Part shown: positions 35,508 through 45,310 of the stretch, one piece after another
Position numbering within the stretch: the stretch's first letter is position 1
How the letters are laid out: every line of letters begins with the position of its first letter
Source: an uncultured Lentisphaeraceae bacterium
GTDB lineage: Bacteria; Verrucomicrobiota; Kiritimatiellia; RFP12; UBA1067
NCBI GenBank assembly: GCA_964406095.1
Contig: CAYOQJ010000039.1
Coordinates: 24,139 to 88,138 of the forward strand
Length of the DNA stretch: 64,000 bases
Direction of reading: 5' to 3'
Program-made: the position numbers and the translations under genes
Notes under the pieces: generated by a model
What the model saw: the letters and a program-made list of their open reading frames with translations, nothing else
Databases searched by the model: none
Told to the model about the DNA's origin: nothing

Positions 35508-38500
35508 ATGAGAGGTAATTTCAGGATATTAATTTTATTTTTGAGCTTTTTGTTCGGGTTCAGGGTTTTGGCTTACAACACTTTACCTAACAGCCGCTTT
35601 CTGACATTCGATGACTACGATGATTCGGTCTGGACCCATACTGGTGATCCTGCTCCGGGTTTTATCGGGGTTAATCTTAAAGATGGAACGGTGCATGAAC
35701 ATAACGCGGGATGGTTGCTTAACAATGTGCGGTCGGGTTACGCCGGATCGTATGGCAGAACCGTGCCACCCGTGGTAGCTACAAATTGTGCCGCGAACCT
35801 GCGCAACGCCGACGATGCCGAAATCCTGTCGCCCTACTATTCGGATGGCTTGGGGACGATTAACTTTGACGCTGTGAATTCAGAATCCGCTACCGCCATT
35901 GGAGTGTATATCGCTACCAATATGAATTACAGCGGTGGCGGTTTGGCCGAAATGCAGCCGCAAGAGGATGCCACGCACACCAACAACTGGAAGCTGGTCG
36001 AAACAATCGCACTCAACCACAGTGCTGATTTCGGCAGGTACAGTGTTGCGGTAAATTATACGGGCGCAGCACGCTTCAAAATCGTGCGACCCTCCGCAGC
36101 ATCCACATCTACGCTTGTGGACGATCAGTTTATTGTGGTGGATAACATCCAGGTATCATATGTGCCGCCCTATGTGGGGTTGTCACAAACAGCTTTCGAT
36201 CTTACCCCTGCCCCTGATTTTTCATCGGGTTCGCTGACACTGCGTTGTACGGTGGATCACTACAGTGCAACTCACAGCGATTTCAACAACACCACGGTTG
36301 AAGTCTGGTATCGGACAGCATCGGAAGCGGAGGGTTTATTCGGGGATTGGAACACTCTGCCAGCCGAATATGTTGCCGACACGGGTGATGCCAACGGAAA
36401 CGGGCGGGAATACGAGGTGATCATTGCTCTGGCGAAAGAGGGTGCAATCGAGTATTACTACTCCTGCAGCTTCGACGGACATTTTGTTCCTCAGGACTAT
36501 ACCGACACCGGTTACGACTATCCCTACTCCTCCGAATCGCTTGCGCCACAGCACCTCTACGCGGATGGCATGAATGGCAATACACCTTTCAGCGACGAGT
36601 GGGCCTTCGGCTCCACTCCGCCTGTAACCGAACTGCCGAACAGTCGAATTCTGATATTGAATGACTACACCGATCCAAGATGGACTCATCAGGGTGATGA
36701 TGCCCCTGCATTTGTGGGACAGGCTCTGCGCAACGGCACCTATCACTTCGATGATAACGGCTGGATACTAAGTGATGCCCGTTTCGGGTTTGCCAAAAGT
36801 TTTGGACGGATAGTTCCTCCGGTTGAGGGTTCCCCGTCGTTCTCTCTGTTCCCGCTTACGATCCCGACCAACAACGCCTGCTGTTTCAGAAATGTTGCGG
36901 GGGGATATATTGAGTCGCCGTACTATGAGGGCGGAGTGGGAACGGTGTATTTTGAGGCGGTGAATTCTGAAGCGTCCTCCAAAGTGAATGTGTATTGGGC
37001 TACGGATATGGATCTGACCAATACGCCGACATATATCGAACATGCCCCTATTATGCCGGAGGAGGGCGGAGGCTATGTTTACAACTGGCGGCTCCTGGAT
37101 GTCGTTGAGCTGAACTACTCTGTTTCGGGTGAATTTGCGCGATATCGCAGAAAACTCAACTACCGTGCCCCGGTAAAGTTTAAAATTGTGCGCCCGAAGA
37201 AAGAGTCAACCAGCTCAGATTTCGACGACCAGTTTGTAGTGGTTGACAATGTCAGAATTTCGCCGCCCCCAGCGGATGTGGTTATCACACGCTCCGAAGT
37301 TGTCCATAATCCCGGATATCCGAATGCCAATCAGGATTTCACCGTGCGTTGTACTGTCGATAACGCCGACCCGAATGAGCCTACCGAGATGCGCTCCGTC
37401 TTTCTGGTGTCGCGCTGGCGCTATCTTGACCAGACGGTACAGGAGTGGCAGACCAATCAGATGGAGTATGTGCAGGGAAGCGGCGATGCCGATGACAACG
37501 GTGAGGTATATCGGATCACTGTGCCACAGATTGGCCAGGAGGGCGACCTGGAGTATTACTTCACCTGCTTCTTCGGCGGTTTCGTCTATGAGTCGCCCGA
37601 TTATACCGCAAGCGGCGTAGATTATCCCTATCCCACCGAGAATCTTTCGCCGCGCACTCTGCGTCAGACGGGGCCGGACATGGGCGACTGGAGCATTCGT
37701 CTGCGTCCCTATGATTCCCGCTACGGAGCGGTTTACATCGTTGCCGATCAGTATGAAGAGCCGATCGGGATGCGATTGGTGGGTGACCACCAGTGGCAGG
37801 GAATGGTGCCGTTGCCACTGATATCACCGACCAATCTGACCTGGTGTCTGATGGCCGAGAAAGAACATCTGGACGGCGAGACGAGTTTCGAGACAAACCG
37901 GCTATACTGGGCGAACTCGGTTCCCTTTACCGGAGCCGTGCCGACGCTGCCGTACGGCGGACTCTGTGCGGAAACCAACAGTGCCGCGCGCATCGAAATC
38001 GCCGTGACAGACGGTGGCTATATGGAGGTTAATTTCAATACGGAAAACCTCGAATTTCTGGTCAACCGTGCCGAGTATCAGAACTTCAACTCGTGGACCG
38101 CCCGTGATGAATATTTTTCCGACAGTAGCGGACAGGTTGATAAACAGCGTTTTGAAAACACCTTCAACGAGTGGGAAATCAGCGAAGAGGATGTTTTCAT
38201 AGAACCCTTCACCTCGCTGAGCGTAACGGATTTCAATTACAAACGCGAACCGTTTGCAACACCGTCCGACTGGGTCGGAGGCAGTGCCCGCTATGCGCAG
38301 GAGAGAACCCTTGATCTCTTCTACAAGCCCGCGGGTATCCTGGACTACCGTAACCTGGCGCTGCGTTTGCGCGGCGGCGATCCGATTCTGGGTTTGGGAT
38401 ATGTCTACAATCAGGTTGCCGCGCTGCCCGACGGATTGAAGGAGGTCAGATTCAGGGCACGCATTGGCCAGAGCACCGATAATTTCGATATCAGCTACTA

Positions 38501-41500
38501 TAAGGACAGCTTTACCGAGTTCAACTACGTTTTTCAAGCCAGTGTACGATGTGGAAAAATATCACCGGAAAACCCCTCTATATCGGTTGTCGGCTACTAC
38601 TCCGATCCAGGCCAGTTTTATGAGTTACGGGTTACGCAGATCGAAGATGGCCGCGATACCGAGAACAACTTTCAGGACAAACGTGTCGAATTGGCTCTGT
38701 ACAAATGGGTCGGCGGCGTTTCAACCCGTCTGGGCAACAGTCAATTCTATAACAATTTCAATATGAAGGAAAAAACACTTCCGATCAGAATTGGCTTCTA
38801 CAATGTCAGCTCATCCCAAACACGCATCAAATGCTCCTATGGAACTGCCAGTTTCACTCAACTGGACTCTTCCAGCCCGCTCACAATGGGATCGTTTGGT
38901 GTGCTTTCATCCGAATGTGAAGCTTATTTTTCGGCGATGAGGACGTATGTGGCCAACTCGGATGCCGATCCGGCCAATACGTCGTATGCGAACCTGATGA
39001 CAGCGTCAGACTGGTTTACGCCGCTGAATGTCTATGAATACAGACCGTCGGGCAATCCGGAAGGAATCTACAAGATCATACCCGAGCAGCAGCTCGATAT
39101 ATATCTGCAGCCAGCTGACTATGAGACAACCACCGGAGCGTCGGTGCTTGGCACCCTCGACTGGGTTCTGCACGATCAAAAGACGGTAGCTAACTTCGAG
39201 TATGATGAGATAGTCCTGGATCTGAACGACTGGCAGGCTAATTATGTTCTGCTGCAGGTCGGTGCGGGCGGTAATGATGTGGCCGTCGATGAATTGCAAC
39301 TCACCTCCTGGCACGGCAAAAAAATCGGAATCGGCGACATCGACGATGATGAGTGGTACACTGCCGAGGGCTGGGTTGTGCCGGATCTGACAGCTCCGGA
39401 CATCACCAACAACCTGATGCGCCTTGATCTGACAAGAGCAGATCCGGATGTGGATCAGGCGATCAGATCGCGCTATCTGGATAACGGACTGGGCATGGTC
39501 GAGTTCAATTACAGGGTGATCACCCCTCCGGCCCGTATAACCGTTCAACACTCCCGCGAGTATGATCAGAATGATTGGTACGATGTGAAATCGTTCTATG
39601 TTTCAAATGTGACGGACTGGGCGCATGCCTCGGCCTATCTGGGTTCCAATACCAACGGGTATTTCCGCGTTCTAAACAACCGTGAGGGTGGTTACGCCAA
39701 TGCAGTGGTTGAGTTTGACAATGTGATCGTCTGGGATGAGCCGTATGTGGATATCACATCATGGAAAGCCTACAACACGCGGATAACCTCGACCGATCCG
39801 CAGCGTCTGTTGCTCGACGAGGGTAAGAGCTGTTATCTGAACAACAGCTATACCGACCAAGTCGATCCCACGCCGCTCGATCGCGACGCGCCCAACCTTC
39901 AGAGCCCGGTTCTTGTCAACGGTTTCGGCAAGCTCTCACTGCTGGCCAGAGCTTATGAACCCGGTGAACCGGTGTCGGTCTATGTGTATGCCTCCACAAA
40001 TGGCTGGCACCTGCCGGTCGAAGAGTGGCCTCTTATCCACACCTTTGCCGATATTGACCATGAATACTATAAGCCATACAGCTACAAACCGGTGGACGGC
40101 AGTATGTATGACGCTATCCGGCTTGAAACCGTTGCCGGAGTCGGCTTAAAACGAGCTTGCATCGATGAAGTTGTGATTTCCGAGCCGGTCTACCCGGGCT
40201 TCGATATCGTCAATGTAAATCTCAGGCTGATGGAACGCGACGGCAGTTTCGGTAGCCGCACACAGCCGCTGCCCTTCGAGGATGTTCATCTGGAGGCGAC
40301 GCTGGCCAATCAGCAGCTTTCACCGTCGAACATAGTTCTGTATGTCAGTTACTATATCGGTGACGACATTTGGGGGGCGGAGAACTGGTTCAACTCGCCG
40401 GAAGTGGTGACCAAGCGGATGCATCAGGTTGTCGGTGAGCCCAACCGGTATGAAACGCGGAATGATGACGGCGGTATCGCCGGTCTGCCGCAGAGTCAGA
40501 TCGGCGGCATAACCGGAACCGATGCCGGCGAGGTCGTGCAGTATCGGGTCTGGGCCAGCTATATGGGAGGTATTCCCCTCTATGAATATCAGGAGATATT
40601 CATCAACCCCCTCTGGTACTACCCGGTCAATTTCAATGTCTCGCGTGCCGCCGAAGGCTGGTCACCATATTATATCGTCTACAGCGTGCCACCTTCCACA
40701 GTCTGGGTCAACGAGGTCAATGGCAGCGATCTGATCTGGGACAGCAACTTCACAACCCAGCATGGAATCTGGGAGAATGCCTACATTGAGATCGCAGTGC
40801 CGGCCTGGCTGGATTTGGGCGGATGGAAGATCGATCTCGTGACCAGCAGCAGCTATAACAACCATACCATACAGATTCCCCCCGGGCTGCCCCAGCAGGT
40901 GGCGGTCACAAACGGCTATGCCTTTTTTGTCATCGCCGAGGCCATTCCTCCCTACCAGCAGACACCCGCACTGCCCAAGGTCGATTTCGCCTACGCCGGC
41001 CTGGCATCATTGATGCCTCAGATTGTGCCGGGCGGTATCCGCCTGCGTCGTCCCGAGGGCATGTATGAGCAGACAATCGCTTACGATGATGCCACCTGGA
41101 ATACCGGCGGCGATTTCTACGACGGCAGTGTCTGGGCCGCTAATGATCCGGAAGGCTTCTTCATCTATGTCGGAGCCGAGAAGAGTGATGGCTCGCTCTC
41201 ACGAGTCGGCCAGGGTGACTCAACCAACAGCTGGGTGTATCCGCTCTTCCCCGAATGGGGGCAGGAAGATCCGAATTTCGCTCTGAACTACACCCCGGGT
41301 ATGCCGAACGGAGCCCAGTGGCTGCCGGATGGCGACGAGTTGTTCCCCGGCACCTCCAATGTGATGATCCGCTCGAATATCACTCAGTTGCGTGCCAGTC
41401 AGAACGGCAAACGGGTGCTGGATTATTCGTTGCGGATGAGGGTCGGCTCACAGACCAATATCACCTACGATGTTGATTCCTGGTATCGGCTTGTGTCGGT

Positions 41501-42110
41501 TACCTCGAACGGGTTTGAGCAACTTCCGCCCGAGAGTGCTTTAACCGAGTACACCTACGGACTGAATAATATCGCCGGTGATGTCCATCTGCAGGCTACT
41601 ATCAATCTGCGTGAGGATTTGATCGATTATCAGGGCGACTCGTCGGTGTTGAACTGGATCATGGGCTTCCCTGAAGCGCCGCTGGTGCCGATGTTCTACA
41701 ACGGACACGAACTGAGTCTCAAAGAGCAGTTCTGGCTGGATGCCAATCCGACTGCCTCCAATGAGTTCGCCTGCGTGATTCGTAATTTCGAATTCGATGA
41801 TCAGACCAATCTGCATGTCAGGATTGAAATGCGGCTCAATGACAACAACATGACCAATATTCAAGGTGACGCCGTGTTGAAACTGGAGTCAAAAGAGGAT
41901 ATGCTCGCTGAAGAGTGGGATATGATCAAGCAATTTTATCTCACTCCGGATTCGTTTGATATCAACAATCAGTGTCATATGGTAATCAACAATCCCTTCG
42001 GATTCATTATCACCAATTATGGGCGTGAAAGCTTCTTCATGCGCATTGTGATCGAACATCAGGATCCGCGTGTCAGAATCTACGAACTTGAAAATGAGCC
42101 CCCTGATTGA
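35508..42110 (+). CDS. giant secreted protein (~2200 aa) composed of repeated jelly-roll/lectin-like and Ig-like modules plus a lamin-tail-domain-like segment
   Basis: One uninterrupted ORF. Signal peptide MRGNFRILILFLSFLFGFRVLA. It contains an internal tandem duplication and recurring SPxx..G.G...F...(V/I)(V/I)DN(I/V) modules. The track start is GTG 35493; ATG 35508 gives the canonical signal peptide. Confidence 0.85.
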   Translation: MRGNFRILILFLSFLFGFRVLAYNTLPNSRFLTFDDYDDSVWTHTGDPAPGFIGVNLKDGTVHEHNAGWLLNNVRSGYAGSYGRTVPPVVATNCAANLRNADDAEILSPYYSDGLGTINFDAVNSESATAIGVYIATNMNYSGGGLAEMQPQEDATHTNNWKLVETIALNHSADFGRYSVAVNYTGAARFKIVRPSAASTSTLVDDQFIVVDNIQVSYVPPYVGLSQTAFDLTPAPDFSSGSLTLRCTVDHYSATHSDFNNTTVEVWYRTASEAEGLFGDWNTLPAEYVADTGDANGNGREYEVIIALAKEGAIEYYYSCSFDGHFVPQDYTDTGYDYPYSSESLAPQHLYADGMNGNTPFSDEWAFGSTPPVTELPNSRILILNDYTDPRWTHQGDDAPAFVGQALRNGTYHFDDNGWILSDARFGFAKSFGRIVPPVEGSPSFSLFPLTIPTNNACCFRNVAGGYIESPYYEGGVGTVYFEAVNSEASSKVNVYWATDMDLTNTPTYIEHAPIMPEEGGGYVYNWRLLDVVELNYSVSGEFARYRRKLNYRAPVKFKIVRPKKESTSSDFDDQFVVVDNVRISPPPADVVITRSEVVHNPGYPNANQDFTVRCTVDNADPNEPTEMRSVFLVSRWRYLDQTVQEWQTNQMEYVQGSGDADDNGEVYRITVPQIGQEGDLEYYFTCFFGGFVYESPDYTASGVDYPYPTENLSPRTLRQTGPDMGDWSIRLRPYDSRYGAVYIVADQYEEPIGMRLVGDHQWQGMVPLPLISPTNLTWCLMAEKEHLDGETSFETNRLYWANSVPFTGAVPTLPYGGLCAETNSAARIEIAVTDGGYMEVNFNTENLEFLVNRAEYQNFNSWTARDEYFSDSSGQVDKQRFENTFNEWEISEEDVFIEPFTSLSVTDFNYKREPFATPSDWVGGSARYAQERTLDLFYKPAGILDYRNLALRLRGGDPILGLGYVYNQVAALPDGLKEVRFRARIGQSTDNFDISYYKDSFTEFNYVFQASVRCGKISPENPSISVVGYYSDPGQFYELRVTQIEDGRDTENNFQDKRVELALYKWVGGVSTRLGNSQFYNNFNMKEKTLPIRIGFYNVSSSQTRIKCSYGTASFTQLDSSSPLTMGSFGVLSSECEAYFSAMRTYVANSDADPANTSYANLMTASDWFTPLNVYEYRPSGNPEGIYKIIPEQQLDIYLQPADYETTTGASVLGTLDWVLHDQKTVANFEYDEIVLDLNDWQANYVLLQVGAGGNDVAVDELQLTSWHGKKIGIGDIDDDEWYTAEGWVVPDLTAPDITNNLMRLDLTRADPDVDQAIRSRYLDNGLGMVEFNYRVITPPARITVQHSREYDQNDWYDVKSFYVSNVTDWAHASAYLGSNTNGYFRVLNNREGGYANAVVEFDNVIVWDEPYVDITSWKAYNTRITSTDPQRLLLDEGKSCYLNNSYTDQVDPTPLDRDAPNLQSPVLVNGFGKLSLLARAYEPGEPVSVYVYASTNGWHLPVEEWPLIHTFADIDHEYYKPYSYKPVDGSMYDAIRLETVAGVGLKRACIDEVVISEPVYPGFDIVNVNLRLMERDGSFGSRTQPLPFEDVHLEATLANQQLSPSNIVLYVSYYIGDDIWGAENWFNSPEVVTKRMHQVVGEPNRYETRNDDGGIAGLPQSQIGGITGTDAGEVVQYRVWASYMGGIPLYEYQEIFINPLWYYPVNFNVSRAAEGWSPYYIVYSVPPSTVWVNEVNGSDLIWDSNFTTQHGIWENAYIEIAVPAWLDLGGWKIDLVTSSSYNNHTIQIPPGLPQQVAVTNGYAFFVIAEAIPPYQQTPALPKVDFAYAGLASLMPQIVPGGIRLRRPEGMYEQTIAYDDATWNTGGDFYDGSVWAANDPEGFFIYVGAEKSDGSLSRVGQGDSTNSWVYPLFPEWGQEDPNFALNYTPGMPNGAQWLPDGDELFPGTSNVMIRSNITQLRASQNGKRVLDYSLRMRVGSQTNITYDVDSWYRLVSVTSNGFEQLPPESALTEYTYGLNNIAGDVHLQATINLREDLIDYQGDSSVLNWIMGFPEAPLVPMFYNGHELSLKEQFWLDANPTASNEFACVIRNFEFDDQTNLHVRIEMRLNDNNMTNIQGDAVLKLESKEDMLAEEWDMIKQFYLTPDSFDINNQCHMVINNPFGFIITNYGRESFFMRIVIEHQDPRVRIYELENEPPD
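35583..37661 (+). repeat. intragenic tandem duplication: two ~350-aa units (35583-36632 and 36633-~37661)
   Basis: Colinear conserved blocks appear in both units: LPNSR(F/I)L, WTH(T/Q)GD.AP.F(I/V)G, SPYY..G(L/V)GT(I/V).F(D/E)AVNSE, NW(K/R)L(V/L), (R/V)FKIVRP, DDQF(I/V)VVDN(I/V), (L/V)RCTVD, EYY(Y/F).C.F.G, DYT..G.DYPY. Confidence 0.85.
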
Positions 42111-42256
42111 GAAGTGCCGCTGATATTAGCAGTTTACCAGACATCAATCCAGCAGGGCGAGACCGCTGATTTTCAGTAAAAAAGCTGAAAAATTAACAAA
42201 TTCCTTATTAACAATCATTTAACTCAGTTTCTGAATTTCAAATGCCGTAAATAGGT

Positions 42257-42397
42257 TTATCGGCTCCTGATCATCATTGTGAGAGTGCCCAGTATCAGCA
42301 GAAAGATAATGAGAAGGATGGTCCGGCGCTCGGCAGGAGTCGTTTCGGAACGTATTCTGTTATACAGTGCCGTTGCTATGCTCGAAACTCTTCGCAT
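42257..42397 (-). CDS. small single-pass membrane protein candidate (46 aa), below the ORF-track size cut-off
   Basis: My manual translation is MRRVSSIATALYNRIRSETTPAERRTILLIIFLLILGTLTMMIRSR. GGAGG lies 4 nt upstream of the ATG (plus-strand tcctcc at 42402-42407). It has one hydrophobic helix flanked by Arg residues. Confidence 0.4.
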   Translation of the reverse strand: MRRVSSIATALYNRIRSETTPAERRTILLIIFLLILGTLTMMIRSR

Positions 42398-42487
42398 TTG
42401 TCCTCCAAATCAGAGTGTTACAATCTCCGCTGTAGATATTAACTTAGCATTGTGATACCATACCCCCTTTAAAAACGAGGGTCGACT

Positions 42488-45058
42488 ATGCAAATAAAAG
42501 AGTATGATTTTACCGCAATCGAGCAGAAATGGCAACGCTACTGGGAAGTTAACAAAACCTTCAAAAGCGAAGATTTTGTCGCGGGCAAACCTAAATTCTA
42601 CTGTCTCGATATGTTCCCGTATCCCAGCGGCGCCGGACTGCACGTCGGTCATCCCGAGGGTTATACCGCAACCGATATCCTTTGCCGCTATAAGCGCATG
42701 CGCGGGTTTAATGTGCTGCATCCCATGGGGTGGGATGCCTTCGGTCTGCCTGCAGAGCAATATGCGGTTGAGACCGGAACTCATCCGGCTGTGACAACCG
42801 CGAAAAACATCGATAATTTCCGTAAGCAGATCAAGGCTCTCGGCTTCAGCTATGACTGGGATCGCGAAATCAATACAACCGATCCCGGTTATTATAAATG
42901 GACACAGTGGATTTTTGAGAAGCTATATGAGAAGGGATTGGCCTATATTGCTGAAGTGCCGGTGAACTGGTGTCCGGCACTGGGTACTGTGCTGGCCAAT
43001 GAGGAGGTCATAGACGGGCGTAGCGAACGGGGCGACCATCCGGTTGAACGGCGTCCCATGCGTCAATGGATGCTGCGCATCACCGAGTATGCCGAACGGT
43101 TGCTGCATGATCTCGATGCTTTGGATTGGCCCGAAGGTATCAAGGAGATGCAGCGTAACTGGATCGGTAAATCAAGCGGGGCCGAGGTTGATTTTGAAAT
43201 CGCCGGTGTGCCCGAAAAGGTAACCGTCTACACTACGCGACCGGATACTCTCTTCGGAGCGACCTACCTCGTTCTCGCGCCTGAACATCCTCTGGTTGGA
43301 AGGGTTACAACCGTCGACCGGCGCGATGCAGTGCAAACCTACTGCCGTGCGGCCGCCAATAAAAGCGATATGGATCGTACCGAGCTGAACACCGCTAAGA
43401 GTGGTGTGTTTACAGGCTCCTGCGCAATCAACCCCGTGACTGGAAATGAAATACCGATCTGGGTCGCCGATTATGTGCTGATTAGTTACGGCACCGGCAG
43501 TATCATGGCTGTGCCTGCCCATGACACACGCGATTTCGAGTTTGCACAGAAATTCAACCTTCCTGTTAAGTGCATTATCGCGCCCGATGCCGACGAATGC
43601 GCCGCCGTCGGAGTCAACATGGATGATGTGCTGGCCGGTAGGGTTTGTTGGAGCGGTAATGGAACCATGATCCACTCCGCTAACGACCGGGGACTCGATA
43701 TCAACGGACTCGCGGTAAAGGATTCCAAACAGCGCACAATTGAATGGCTCGAATCACAGGGCATCGGTCAGGCGTCGGTTAAGTATAAATTGCGCGACTG
43801 GCTCTTCAGCCGCCAGCGTTACTGGGGTGAGCCCTTTCCTGTGATCCACATGGAAGATGGCAACACGCGACTGGTGCCGGTTGATGATCTGCCGCTAATG
43901 TTGCCTGAAATGGCTGATTTTAAGCCCGGTGCCGACGGTGAACCGCCACTGGCCAAAGCCGCAGAGTGGCTGGAATATACCGACTTGCAATCCGGTTTGA
44001 GAGGACGACGTGAAACCAATACCATGCCGCAGTGGGCCGGTTCCTGCTGGTACTATCTGCGTTATCTTGACCCGTGTAATGAGCAGGCGGCGTTCGACTC
44101 GGAACTGGAGAAATACTGGATGCCGGTTGATCTTTACGTCGGCGGAGCGGAACACGCAGTGCTGCATTTGCTCTACGCCCGTTTCTGGCACAAGGTTCTT
44201 TTTGATCTGGGGTATGTTTCAACCTCTGAACCCTTCTGGAAGCTGGTCAACCAGGGTATGATTCTCGGCATATCATATAAGGATAGTCGTGGTGCCCTGG
44301 TGCCCATGGACAGTGTTGAAATTCGACCGGATGGCACTTTTCACAGAGAGAGTGGTGAAAAGCTGATCGAGTTTCCCGCTAAGATGTCGAAGTCGCTGAA
44401 GAATGTGGTCAATCCGGATGATATCATCCGGGAGTACGGTGCCGACAGTATGCGCCTCTATGAGATGTTTATGGGGCCACTGGAGTCGGTTAAGCCCTGG
44501 AATACCAAAGGAGTCGAAGGGGTCTTCCGCTTTCTGAAACGCTCACACCGTATGATCACAACCCAGACGCTGGTAGTAGAGCCCCTTGCAGATGAAGAGT
44601 TGCGGATTCTGCATGGCACGACAAAAAAGGTCACAGATGATCTCGAGTCGATGAATTTCAATACTGCCATCAGCCAGATGATGATCTTCATCAACCACTT
44701 TGCCGGCGCAAATAAAAAACTGAATTGCCAGGCAGCTGAAACTTATACTCTGCTACTTGCTCCGTTTGCTCCGCATCTGAGCGAGGAGCTCTGGCAGTTT
44801 CTGGGACATACCGAAACACTGGCCTACGCCGAATGGCCGCAATATGATGAGTCTGTCCTGAAAGTACGGCAGGTCGAGATTCTGGTTCAGATCAACGGTA
44901 AAGCTAAATCACGCATTATGATGGATGCCGACCTCGACCAGCACTCCATGCGCGAAATTGCTTTGCAGGATGAAGCGGTGCAGGTCGCCGTGCATGGCCA
45001 AAAAATCCAGAAGGTCATCTGTGTTCCCAAACGTTTGGTTAATATCGTCATGCTCTGA
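42488..45058 (+). CDS. leuS: leucine--tRNA ligase
   Basis: [17 protein letters not shown] (HIGH), KMSKSLKN (KMSKS) and a CP1 editing domain; 856 aa. Confidence 0.95.
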   Translation: MQIKEYDFTAIEQKWQRYWEVNKTFKSEDFVAGKPKFYCLDMFPYPSGAGLHVGHPEGYTATDILCRYKRMRGFNVLHPMGWDAFGLPAEQYAVETGTHPAVTTAKNIDNFRKQIKALGFSYDWDREINTTDPGYYKWTQWIFEKLYEKGLAYIAEVPVNWCPALGTVLANEEVIDGRSERGDHPVERRPMRQWMLRITEYAERLLHDLDALDWPEGIKEMQRNWIGKSSGAEVDFEIAGVPEKVTVYTTRPDTLFGATYLVLAPEHPLVGRVTTVDRRDAVQTYCRAAANKSDMDRTELNTAKSGVFTGSCAINPVTGNEIPIWVADYVLISYGTGSIMAVPAHDTRDFEFAQKFNLPVKCIIAPDADECAAVGVNMDDVLAGRVCWSGNGTMIHSANDRGLDINGLAVKDSKQRTIEWLESQGIGQASVKYKLRDWLFSRQRYWGEPFPVIHMEDGNTRLVPVDDLPLMLPEMADFKPGADGEPPLAKAAEWLEYTDLQSGLRGRRETNTMPQWAGSCWYYLRYLDPCNEQAAFDSELEKYWMPVDLYVGGAEHAVLHLLYARFWHKVLFDLGYVSTSEPFWKLVNQGMILGISYKDSRGALVPMDSVEIRPDGTFHRESGEKLIEFPAKMSKSLKNVVNPDDIIREYGADSMRLYEMFMGPLESVKPWNTKGVEGVFRFLKRSHRMITTQTLVVEPLADEELRILHGTTKKVTDDLESMNFNTAISQMMIFINHFAGANKKLNCQAAETYTLLLAPFAPHLSEELWQFLGHTETLAYAEWPQYDESVLKVRQVEILVQINGKAKSRIMMDADLDQHSMREIALQDEAVQVAVHGQKIQKVICVPKRLVNIVML

Positions 45059-45060
45059 AC

Positions 45061-45110
45061 TGCGCCGACGTAGCCGGAACCTGCGCCGACGTAGCCGGAA
45101 CCTGCGCCAG
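45061..45110. repeat. 21-nt tandem repeat, two exact copies plus a partial third, starting right after the leuS stop
   Basis: tgcgccgacgtagccggaacc occurs at 45061-45081 and 45082-45102, followed by tgcgcc at 45103-45108. Confidence 0.9.
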
Positions 45111-45310
45111 TCGTGGCTCAGAAGTATGGAACATGAGACAAAATGACTCTGTGAAATGAGACAGAGAGACCTCCTGCACATTTAAAATGGGAATTAAAAC
45201 CGAGTTGAGCTCGCGAATCAGAGATATTTTTGCCAGTTGAATCCGCTGGTATATTTTCTGCTTGTTCAGCTGGTGATGTTTTTAGAGGCTTGCGGAAAGG
45301 TAAGTGAGAG

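Noticed and set aside
36336-39551. Several 90-210-aa minus-strand ORFs inside the giant gene (36336-36746, 37215-37790, 37902-38537, 39006-39551)
   Set aside because: They are antisense to a 6.6-kb uninterrupted ORF with internally consistent repeats. No start-site signals were seen.
42410-42784. 124-aa minus-strand ORF overlapping the leuS 5' end
   Set aside because: It is antisense to leuS (the HIGH region is encoded here). The smaller ORF 42257-42397 with a real RBS is the only plausible minus-strand gene in this gap.
45061-45110. Tandem repeat considered as a CRISPR array or mini-array
   Set aside because: The repeats are directly adjacent with no spacers, there are only about 2.3 copies, and there are no cas genes.
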